A stretch of DNA of 38,904 nucleotides from Eledone cirrhosa (Eukaryota). The stretch is taken from the NCBI GenBank assembly GCA_964016885.1, contig CAXHJY010001182.1:1-38904 (forward strand), read 5' to 3'. The notes beneath the pieces are model-generated. The model searched no databases. It saw only the letters and a list, made by a program, of their open reading frames with translations, and was not told the origin of the DNA. The translations under genes were made by a program, and so were the position numbers. This document shows, in pieces, positions 1-21,300 of the stretch. How positions within the stretch are numbered: the first letter of the stretch is position 1; every line of letters begins with the position of its first letter.

Positions 1-3076
<3,076 letters not shown>

Positions 3077-3117
3077 GTACAATATTAAATAAATGGAAAA
3101 CTATATTTATAAAACCA

Positions 3118-3192
3118 TATTTATTTCATTATATATATTTCGGGGATATCATATTAACAATATGCTATGCCTTCATCAGACAAAATACAATA
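3118..3192 (-). ncRNA. Type I hammerhead ribozyme motif (PLE terminal repeat)
   Basis: Reverse complement of 6439-6513: CUGAUGA, stem II, GAAA, UAUAUA, UA, then the stem I partner. Confidence 0.75.
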
Positions 3193-4624
3193 TAAACAGT
3201 TTTATAGATAAATAGATTCGACATACCGTTATAACACCGACTTCATTTGAAGAGGTATACGCTGGCTGTGAAAAAATTTTTTACACAGAGAGAAAGAAAA
3301 AGAGAGAAAACAGAAAGAAAGACAGAAAACGAAGAAAAGGAAGAAAAGAAGAGAAAGAGGAAATGCATGGAAACAAAATAGAGAGATGGAAAGATAGATA
3401 AAGCGAAGAACTTCATGTAAAGAAACAGAAAGAGATATATATATATAGAGAGAGATGAAATAGAGATAGATACATATATATATATAGAAAATTAGGTAGT
3501 GGGAGGTCATTTTGAGTAAATGTATCAATGATACGTTTATTTATTTATTTATTTATTTAGCTCAAGTATTAATGTAAGGGAGATATATAGAGAGAGAAAA
3601 AAATATAGAGAGAGGAAAAAAATAGCGAGAGAAAAAAAATTTAAAAATAGCCAGATATATTCGAGGCATAAAACCCCTATGTTTTAATGTATTAGTATTT
3701 ATAAAACTTACACTATATTGTAAATATCAGTATTCCTGAATGAGACAAGTATCTATAATGTGTGAAAATTAATTATCTTATGTTTAGTTTTAAAAAAAAT
3801 TCATGTTTATGTGACAGCTACAAACATCCATGCGAATCCAACTGAATCAGTCTGCAAACTCTAAGTTCACGGAAAACATTCTCAATGTGGTATAAAAATT
3901 TGAGTATACAAATATGTGTATTATTATTCCTGTCATTGCTCTACAAGATTATCTATCAAGCAGAAGTAGAGAGCAGATTTCAATATACTAATAAAAATAT
4001 ATATCAAACAAAACTAAAAATAAAAAGATATCAATAATAATAATAAGTAAAATATAGAATAGAAAACTAAAAAAATTAAAAAATATTACGAAAGAATATT
4101 ACATAATAAAAATATTATATATTAAACATACTACGTATTAAAAAATATTACGTATTAAAAATTTACATATTAAAGATATTAAAAATACAAAAATAAAAAA
4201 TATTATAGAATACTACAATAATAAAAATTAAAATAAAAATAACAATAAAAAATAAAAATACACCACAAAGATCAACCCTTCAAAGTTAATTGACAATATA
4301 TTGTCAAGTTCTTTACAAGACAAAGCCAAAAATGATCTATCAAATCACATCTAGCAAAGATCATTTCAAAAAGATTATGATGTCCAATTATGTCTATATA
4401 TGTTCTTATATTTAATATAGAAGTTTATCTAGTGTAAGGTTTATTCAAAAAATTTGGAGCATCAGCTTTTAGGGTAGCTTAATTTTTCATGAGGAATGTT
4501 TAGATAAAAATAAAATAAAAATAAATAAACAATAAAAAAGAGAGTAAAAAGAAGGAATCAAAGATTTAGGAATCAAAAATTTATCGGCTAGTTTCCCATA
4601 TAAATATAAATCAAACTAAATATA

Positions 4625-5407
4625 CTACATTTTAAATTTAAATTTATATTTAAACGTTGAGTTTAATCTATGTTTGCAACAACTGAATAAATTTGTCCGT
4701 AGGTTAAGGGAATTTTTAGATTTTAGTATAAAGAATATCTCCTCTGCGCAGAGGTCACATGTCTCAGAGGATGAATTAAAAGGAATCCCTCTTGAGACTA
4801 TATTCCAAGCCGTCGAATATCTAACGTTATCTAGCTTAAGTTGCCAGAGTACGCCTGATAGTGCCGTTGAAGATTTTTTACTTGGATCTGTGAAAGAATT
4901 CTTGTGGTTATTATAGCGAAGTTTAAATTCCGTCGATGTGGAACCGACGTAGTTAAAAGAATTAGAGTCAGTATTAACATTACAATTGTATACTATATTT
5001 TTAACTAAGCAGTTGTTATTTAACGGACATTTAGATCTATCTCTACAGTTACATTTGTTACCTTGTATATTATTTATGCTATTATCATTAGGTTTTAAGT
5101 TCCTATTATTTATTCTATTAATATTTTGTGCTAAATTTTTGGTGGATGAGTAAGTTAATTTAATTGTATGCCTATTGAAAATTGAGTGATACCTATGTGT
5201 TCTAGGGAAGCGATTATCAAGAGCTTTGAAAAATAATTTAGCGATGTGGGTTTTAATGTTTAGTGAGAAAGGGGGAGCAAACCAAATTATGTTCCTAGTT
5301 CTATTTCTTTTTTGTCCTTTGGAATTATTGTAATGCTTTCTATTATAGTTGTTAATGTTGTTGCCGTAATTAAAAAAGTTGTTACTTTGTTTAGTTTGTC
5401 TATCATT
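4625..5407 (-). pseudogene. C-terminal fragment of the PLE ORF (linker plus GIY-YIG endonuclease), 5'-truncated
   Basis: 783 bp, colinear with 13644-14426 and ending at the same TAG. Some differences between the copies are synonymous (AAC/AAT, TGT/TGC). Confidence 0.9.
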
Positions 5408-6438
5408 TAATTTTTATTATTGTAGTATTCTATAATATTTTTTATTTTTGTATTTTTAATATCTTTAATATGTAAATTTTTAATACGTAATATTTTTTAA
5501 TACGTAGTATGTTTAATATATAATATTTTTATTATGTAATATTCTTTCGTAATATTTTTTAATTTTTTTAGTTTTCTATTCTATATTTTACTTATTATTA
5601 TTATTGATATCTTTTTATTTTTAGTTTTGTTTGATATATATTTTTATTAGTATATTGAAATCTGCTCTCTACTTCTGCTTGATAGATAATCTTGTAGAGC
5701 AATGACAGGAATAATAATACACATATTTGTATACTCAAATTTTTATACCACATTGAGAATGTTTTCCGTGAACTTAGAGTTTGCAGACTGATTCAGTTGG
5801 ATTCGCATGGATGTTTGTAGCTGTCACATAAACATGAATTTTTTTTAAAACTAAACATAAGATAATTAATTTTCACACATTATAGATACTTGTCTCATTC
5901 AGGAATACTGATATTTACAATATAGTGTAAGTTTTATAAATACTAATTACATTAAAACATAGGGTTTTTACGCCTCGAATATATCTGGCTATTTTTAAAT
6001 TTTTTTTCTCTCGCTATTTTTTTCCTCTCTCTATATTTTTTTCTCTCTCTATATATCTCCCTTACATTAATACTTGAGCTAAATAAATAAATAAATAAAT
6101 AAACGTATCATTGATACATTTACTCAAAATGACCTCCCACTACCTAATTTTCTATATATATATATGTATCTATCTCTATTTCATCTCTCTCTATATATAT
6201 ATATCTCTTTCTGTTTCTTTACATGAAGTTCTTCGCTTTATCTATCTTTCCATCTCTCTATTTTGTTTCCATGCATTTCCTCTTTCTCTTCTTTTTCTTC
6301 GTTTTCTGTCTTTCTTTCTGTTCTCTCTCTTTTTCTTTCTCTCTGTGTAAAAAATTTTTTCACAGCCAGCGTAAACCTCTTCAAATGAAGTCGGTGTTAT
6401 AACGGTATGTCGAATCTATTTATCTATAAAACTGTTTA

Positions 6439-6513
6439 TATTGTATTTTGTCTGATGAAGGCATAGCATATTGTTAATATGATATCCCCGAAATATATAT
6501 AATGAAATAAATA
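6439..6513 (+). ncRNA. Type I hammerhead ribozyme motif with minimal palindromic stem III
   Basis: Stem I UAUU(G)UAUUUUGU pairs with AUGAAAUAAAUA. CUGAUGA at 6452-6458. Stem II contains CAUAUU-GUU-AAUAUG with an A.C mismatch at its base. GAAA at 6490-6493. Predicted cut after AUA at 6501. Confidence 0.75.
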
Positions 6514-6640
6514 TGGTTTTATAAATATAGTTTTCCATTTATTTAATATTGTAAATATACTCCAAATATTTGTCGAGTGCTTTTATACCAGTTATAAATA
6601 TTTACTAGTTGTAACCCAACAATTTTAAATATAACTTTCC

Positions 6641-9086
<2,446 letters not shown>

Positions 9087-9698
9087 TTATGTCAGGTCAC
9101 CAGTTGGTGCTATTGGTAACATGTATCCCAGTACAACCTGTCTCATGGTCGGGTCGTTGGCGACTAAACTGGCAACCCCACCAAGGTTTCTTGGTGAGGA
9201 GGGTGGCTTTGGACATCCTGCAGGACTAAAAACAAAACCTGTCAAAGGGCAAAGGGGCTCTTAAGAGTCAATAGCCATCCAAAATCACTGGGAGAGATGA
9301 CCCCTTAGCCTTTGTCAAGGCAGAATTCTAGGAGAAGGAAAACTCTGATATAACACCTGCAACCCTGATGGTATCCAATGATGTTGAATTGTTCTTCTTT
9401 TTGGTAAATATCATCTTGGTTAAGAGAGTGGGACTGGCTTTGTGCAGTGCCTTTGCTCACTATAAAAGCTTCACAGCACAGGCATTGCTTTATATCTGGA
9501 GATCTCTCTGCACTTGTCGTCACATGGTACCATGGGCCCAGCACTATGTGTCAATAATTGTCACAAGTGTAGTGTTTGTACCAGAGTTTTCAAGTCGCTG
9601 GCTGGACTAAAAAGTCACACTCGTTCAGCGCATTGGTAGGGGTTCTCCTACATGGATATAAAGTAGTGGCCGTACTCGAAAACGAGTTGGCAGCCACC
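9087..9698 (+). mobile_element. 612-bp non-autonomous RTE-derived element, copy 1
   Basis: Colinear with 22349-22960. Contains an RTE 5'UTR-like motif (CTAGGAGAAGGAAAACTCTGA), a C2H2 zinc-finger remnant at 9559-9639 and a 3' end GGCCGTACTCGAAAACGAGTTGGCAGCC running into (TA)n. Confidence 0.7.
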
Positions 9699-12170
<2,472 letters not shown>

Positions 12171-12210
12171 GTACAATATTAAATAAATGGAAACTATATT
12201 TATAAAACCA

Positions 12211-12285
12211 TATTTATTTCATTATATATATTTCAGGGATAACATATTAACAATATGCTATGCCTTCCTCAGACAAAATATAATA
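12211..12285 (-). ncRNA. Type I hammerhead ribozyme motif (best-formed PLE copy)
   Basis: CUGAGGA-AGG-C-AUAGCAUAUU-GUU-AAUAUGUUAU-C-CCU-GAAA-UAUAUA-UA. It differs from insertion 1 at the free N7 position, and stem II is closed by an A-U pair. Confidence 0.8.
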
Positions 12286-13643
12286 TAAACAGTTTTATAG
12301 ATAAATAGATTCGACATACCGTAAACAACATCTACTTGCATTTGAGAAGGTTGATTTGGTTGTGACAAAATTGTACACAGAGAGAAAGAAAGAGAGAGAG
12401 AAAGAGAGAGAAAAAGAGAGAAAAAAAGAAAAGAAAGACAGAAAACGAAGAGAAAGAAAAAGAAGAAATGCATGGAACAAAATAGAGAGATGGAAAGATA
12501 GATAAAGAGAAGAACTTCATGTAAAGAAACAGAAAGAGATATATATATATAGAGAGAGAGGAAATAGAGATAGATACATATATTGAAAGCTAGGTAGTGG
12601 GACAACTGTTGAATAACGTATCAATGATACATTTATTTATTTATTTATTTATTTAGCTCTAGTATTAATGTAAGGGAGATATATGGAAGGAAAACCAGCT
12701 GTTATATAGGGAGAGAAAAAATATAGAGAGAGAAAAAAAGAGAGAGAGAAAATTCAAAAATATCCAGACACAGGCTAGGCGTAAAAAACCTGTTTTAATG
12801 TAGAGGTATTAGTATTTACAAAACCAGCCTCTGCATTGTAAATATCAGTATTCCTGAATGAGATATGTATCCACAATGTGTGAAAATTAATGATCTTATG
12901 TTTAGTTTTTTTAAAAATTCATATGTTTATGTGATAATTACAAACATCTATGTGAATGTACATGATCAATTCTGCAAACTCTAAGTTCACGGAAAGTATT
13001 CTCAATGCGGTATAAAAATTTAAGTATACATATATGTGTATATAGAGTCAATATTACTATTTCTGTCTCTACTCTACAAGATTATCTATCAAGCAAAGAT
13101 AGAGCAGATTTCGATATACTAATAAAAATAAAAATAAAAATATATCGGAAACAAAACTAAACTAAAAATAACAATAACAATAATAAGTAATAATAAAATA
13201 GAAAACTAGGAAATATTACGAAAGAATATTACATATTAAAAATATTACATATTAAAAAATTTACATATTAAAAATATTAAAAATAAAAATTAGGAAAAAC
13301 TACAGTAATAAAAATAAAATAAACCACAAAGATCAACCCTTCAAAATTAATTGACAATATATTGCCAAGTTCATTATAAACATCAGAGTCGAAAAACAGA
13401 TAAAGCCAAAAATTATCTATCAAATCGCATCTAGCAAAGATCATTTCAAAAAGTATAGGATGCCCAATTTGGTCTACATGTGTTCTTATATTTAATATAA
13501 AAGTTTATCTAGTGTAACGTTTATTCGAAATATTTTTCATGAAGAATGTTTAAATAAATAAAATAAAAAAATAAAAAGAGTAAAAAGAGAATCAAAGATT
13601 TATCGGCTAGTTTCCCATATAATTATAAATCAAACTAAATATA

Positions 13644-14935
13644 CTACATTTTAAATTTAAATTTATATTTAAACGTTGAGTTTAATCTATGTTTGCAACA
13701 ACTGAATAAATTTGTCCGTAGATTAAGGGAATTTTTAGATTTTAGTATAAAGAATATCTCCTCTGCGCAGAGGTCGCATGTCTCAGAGGATGAATTAAAA
13801 GGAATCCCCCCTGAGACTATATTCCAAGCCGTCGAATATCTAACGTTATCTAGCTTAAGTTGCCAGAGTACGCCTGATAGTGCCGTTGAAGATTTTTTAC
13901 TTGGATCTGTGAAAGAATTCTTGTGGTTATTATAGCGAAGTTTAAATTCCGTCGATGTGGAACCGACGTAGTTAAAAGAATTAGAGTCAGTATTAACATT
14001 ACAATTGTATACTATATTTTTAACTAAGCAGTTGTTATTTAACGGACATTTAGATCTATCTCTACAGTTACATTTGTTAACTTGTATATTATTTATGCTG
14101 TTATCACTAGGTTTTAAGTTCCTATTATTTATTCTTTTGATATTTTGTGCTAAATTTTTGGTGGATGAGTAGGTTAATTTAATTGTATGTCTATTGAAAA
14201 TTGAGTGATATCTATGTGTTCTAGGGAAGCGATTATCAAGAGCTTTAAAAAATAGTTTAGCGATGTGGGTTTTAATGTTTAGTGAGAAAGGGGGGGCAAA
14301 CCAAATTATGTTCCTAGTTCTATTTCTTTTTTGGCCTTTGGAATTATTGTAATGCTTTCTATTATAGTTGTTAAGGATGTTGCCGTAATTAAAAAAGTTG
14401 TTACTTTGTTTAGTTTGTCTATCATTATCTATGTACACAATCTTATCAGCATATCCTGCTCTAGCTAATGCTTCATTGTAGTATTGGGCTTTTTCGTCGA
14501 AAATCTTTCTATTCGACGAGATCCTAGAGATACGTTTTTGGACAGAGTTTACTATAGTGTTTTTGACAGATCTGGGGTGGTTAGAGTTAAAATTTACATA
14601 GTTTAAGTTTTCATTCAACTTGTGAAAAGGATAGTGAAGACATGTGTTGAGATTTAATGTTATATCTAGGAAATTGACTATTCTATGGTTGTTTTCAATT
14701 TCTATTTTAAGATTAAAGTAATTAAAAAATTGTGTAATTTGTTTACATTTTCTATTTAGTTCAGAGTTTTATCAATAAGTAAAAGCATGTCGTCTCTATA
14801 TAAACCTCCGGTAGTACCGGGTATTTTCCTATGTAGCGAATTGATTAAAAATAAACCCACAAGGTCAGTTACCTGGGCTGAGTCGGATGATCCCATAGTA
14901 ATGTCAAAATTGCTATCTCTATCTGCTCTGGTCCA
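13644..14935 (-). pseudogene. PLE reverse transcriptase (C-terminal half, one frameshift near 14760) plus GIY-YIG endonuclease
   Basis: Hand translation gives [21 protein letters not shown] and GLYRDD (14789-14800), then after a frameshift VNFLDITL, SNHP, IIWFAPPFS, CNC...CP...C, IVY...YVGST...FKLRYNNH, CDLC, CCKH. Confidence 0.92.
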
Positions 14936-15035
14936 TATTTAATATTGTAAATATACTCCAAATATTTGTCGAGTGCTTTTATATCAGTTATAAATATTTA
15001 CTAGTTGTAACACAACAATTTAAATATAACTTTCC

Positions 15036-18076
<3,041 letters not shown>

Positions 18077-18132
18077 CTTATGTCACGTCACCAGTTGGTG
18101 CTACTGGTAACATGTATCCCAGTACAACCTGT
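18077..18132 (+). repeat. Left copy of a direct duplication flanking the full-length RTE
   Basis: 56 bp identical to 22348-22403. The preceding TG/TA pattern also matches. Confidence 0.9.
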
Positions 18133-18155
18133 ATATATATATGTATATGTATGTA

Positions 18156-18218
<63 letters not shown>

Positions 18219-18390
18219 GTATATATATATATGTATATATATATATGTGTATATATATATATGTGTATATATATATATGTGTATATATATGTATATATAT
18301 ATATGTGTATATATATATGTGTATATATATATATATATATGTGTATATATATGTATATGTGTATATATATGTATATGTATATGTATATAT

Positions 18391-21300
18391 ATCATCATCA
18401 TCATCATCATCACCGTTTTACGTCCGTTCTTCCACGCTAGCATGGGTTAGACGGGTTGTCCTGTTGTGGGCAGTGTCTGGTCGGCTGACCATGCCTTGCT
18501 CATACAGGAACTGATCTGGCTTGATTTCTACAGCTGGATGCCCTTCCTAACACCAACCTCATTTACAGTGAGTGCTGGGTGCTTTTTCGTGGCGCCTACA
18601 CGTCCACTTTACAGTGTGGGCTGGGTGCTTTTTTGCCGTGGCACCTCCACGACCACCTTGCGGTGGGGGGGGGGGGGCATATTGTTTATATGCTTCAGCA
18701 TGTACCCATGGGAGGTCGGGTACCCTGTATTACTGCGTGACGCCAGAAGTCACGGTCGTGTGTCATTGACTTTGAGAGGTGTAGTTGGGTAAGGTCGGCT
18801 TTTATCACCTCATCCCAAGTCATCTTGGGTCTCCCCACTCCGCGGTTTCCATCAACTTCTAGTGCTCTGCACCTTTTTATGCAGCTGTCATCCTTCATAC
18901 GCATCACATGTCCATACCAGCGTAACCGCCTCTCCTGCACGCAGCATTTGATTCCTCTTATGCTCAGTCTCTCTCTCAATTCATTTATGCTTTGTCGTTC
19001 ACGTATATTACTGTTACACATCCATCGGAGCATGCAGGCTTCGTTTCTCTCTAATCTACGTAAGTCTTCCACCTTCAGCGCCCAGGTCTCACTACCATGC
19101 AACATCGCTGTTCGGATACACGCATCATACAGTCTGCCTTTCATTCTGAGGGAGAAGCCTTTTGCAGCTAGCAGTGGTAGTAGTTCCCTAAACTTCTTCC
19201 ATCCCGTTCTTACCCTAGTTATTGTACTTTCTGAGCACCCACCTCCGTTGCTAATTCGGTCACCTAGGTAGCAGAAGCTGTCTACTGTTTCTACAGGGCC
19301 CTCCCAGAGATTGGTGGTACTTGTTTCCTGTGGCTGTTTGCTTGCTGTTTCAGCACAGCTGCTGCATGTGAATCCTACATTCTTAATTAAGCTTCCTGAG
19401 ATCCCGCTACATCTCTTGTGTACCCATTGTTTGCATTTGGGGCAAAGAATGGAGTTCCTACCTACACCTTTCCTACATACTGAACAAGGCCATTTCCCTG
19501 AGGGGATCTGGGTTCTGTTTTCTCGTCTACTTATAAGGACCTTAGTCTTTGTCATGTTGACTTTGAGGCCCTTTCTCTCTAGTCCCTGCTTCCAGGTTTG
19601 GAATTTATTCTCTAGTTCTACCATAGATTCAGCTATGAGTGCGAGGTCATCAGCATACAGGAGTTCCCATGGGCATCCGGTCTTAAACTCCTCCGTTATT
19701 GCCTGCAGGACTATGATGAACAGGAGAGGGCTAAGAACAGAGCCCTGGTGGACCCCAACCTGTACGCTAAATTCCTCGCTATACTCATTGCCAATCCTAA
19801 CTTTGCTGACTGCTCCCCTATACATGGCTTGTACCGCTTTCACAAGCCATTCATCTACTCCTAGTTTTCTAAGAGCCCACCAGATTACTGCACGTGGAAC
19901 TCTGTCAAAGGCTTTCTCAAGGTCGACAAATGCCAAGTAGAGTGGCTTACTTTTAGCTAGGTACTTTTCCTGTAATTGCCTCACAAGGAAGAGCGCATCA
20001 GTGGTGCCTTTCCCTGGAACAAACCCAAATTGCATCTCGTCTATATTCACCCGGTCCCTAATCAGCTGTGCTATAACTCTTTCTGTTACTTTCATGACCT
20101 GGTCCATCAACTTTATACCTCTATAGTTTCCTCTATCTAGTGCATCGCCTTTACCTTTGTAGCAGTTGACAATGATGCTACTGCACCAATCTTTTGGTAT
20201 GGCCCCCTCTAGTATTACCTGGTTAACGATACGTGTGGTTATAGTGTGACCTACAGACCCAGATGCCTTCAGCATCTCGGCAGCTATACCCGATGGACCG
20301 GTTGCCTTCCCTATCTTCATATCTCTGATTGCCTTACTTACTACGCTGCCGCTGACTTGTACTGCTGGTCCCTCTATAGGGTCTACGTGGGGTAGGGTCT
20401 CTTCTTCCCATGCATTCTCCTCATTTAGTAATCTATCATAATGACTCTTCCATGCATCTTTCTTCTCAGCACTTGTGAGGGCAAGCTCACCTTTATCATT
20501 CCGGATACACTTCTCTCCAATGACATCACAACTATCTCTGACACACTGCCTCGCAATCTTGAATACCTCCTGTTTCTGGTCCTCACGTTGTAAAACATGC
20601 TTGAATTTTCTATCCTCTGCTTCCCTCCTAGCTAAGTATACTTGTCGCCTAGCTTCCCTCTTGGTCTCTATGTAATGTACCCTGCTCCCCCCGTTCTTCC
20701 ATTCTTTCCATGCCTGTCTCTTGGCCTTGACTGCTTCATCTACCTTATTGTTCCACCACCAAGTCACTCTCCTCCTGCTTGAGGTCTTACTCCAGCCACA
20801 AACCTCATCCGTCGCCTCTAGTAAGTTATTTTTTAGGAACTCCCAGTTCTCTTCTACGTTAAATGTCTCTATCTGTTCTTCTTTACTGTCGTAGGCGTTG
20901 AGTAAAATATCTTTAAATCTGTTACTGGTTGAGGGGACTTTCAGCTTCCAGATCTTTCTTTTCCAGGTTGGCCTCTGTTTCAGGGCTCGTCTAGTTCTGA
21001 CCGTGAGGTCGCTGACAACTAAGCTATGTTGGGATGTACATTCCTCACTAGGGAAGGCTTTTGTGTTTACGACCGTCCATCTGTCACGTCCTCTGATGAG
21101 GATAAAATCTAACTGACTAGAGTGCTCCCCTGATCTATAGGTGATCAGGTGGTTGTCGGGTTTTTTAAAGTTTGTGTTACATATCGACATGTCATTGGCG
21201 TCGCAGAATTCTAGAAGTCTGAATCCTTCCTCATTCCTTGTGCCAACTCCATGGCCTCCATGTACTCTATTGAAGCCGTCGCAGTGTTTACCTACGTGTC

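Larger units (their letters stand above)
3077..6640. mobile_element. Penelope-like element insertion 1, fold-back: minus-strand 5'-truncated copy (3077-5407) joined to an inverted 3' region with extra tail (5406-6640)
   Basis: 4625-5407 encodes the same GIY-YIG protein end as 13644-14426. 3078-4232 and 5406-6553 are near-identical inverted repeats with a hammerhead near each outer end. (TA)n lies on both sides. Confidence 0.9.
12171..15035 (-). mobile_element. Penelope-like element insertion 2 (possibly Naiad-type), 5'-truncated inside RT, capped by an inverted 100-bp tail piece (14936-15035)
   Basis: RT motifs, GIY-YIG domain, a ~1.45-kb AT-rich 3' region homologous to 3077-4624, and a hammerhead at the 3' end. 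14936-15035 matches 6540-6640. Confidence 0.92.

Noticed and set aside
3229-3528. Hydrophobic 79-115 aa ORFs repeated in the PLE UTRs
   Set aside because: Low-complexity CT-rich UTR sequence. Lengths and frames differ between copies.
3078-6553. DNA transposon with 1.15-kb TIRs
   Set aside because: The interior is a PLE GIY-YIG fragment continuous with the left arm. There is no transposase, and the arms are the retroelement 3' region.
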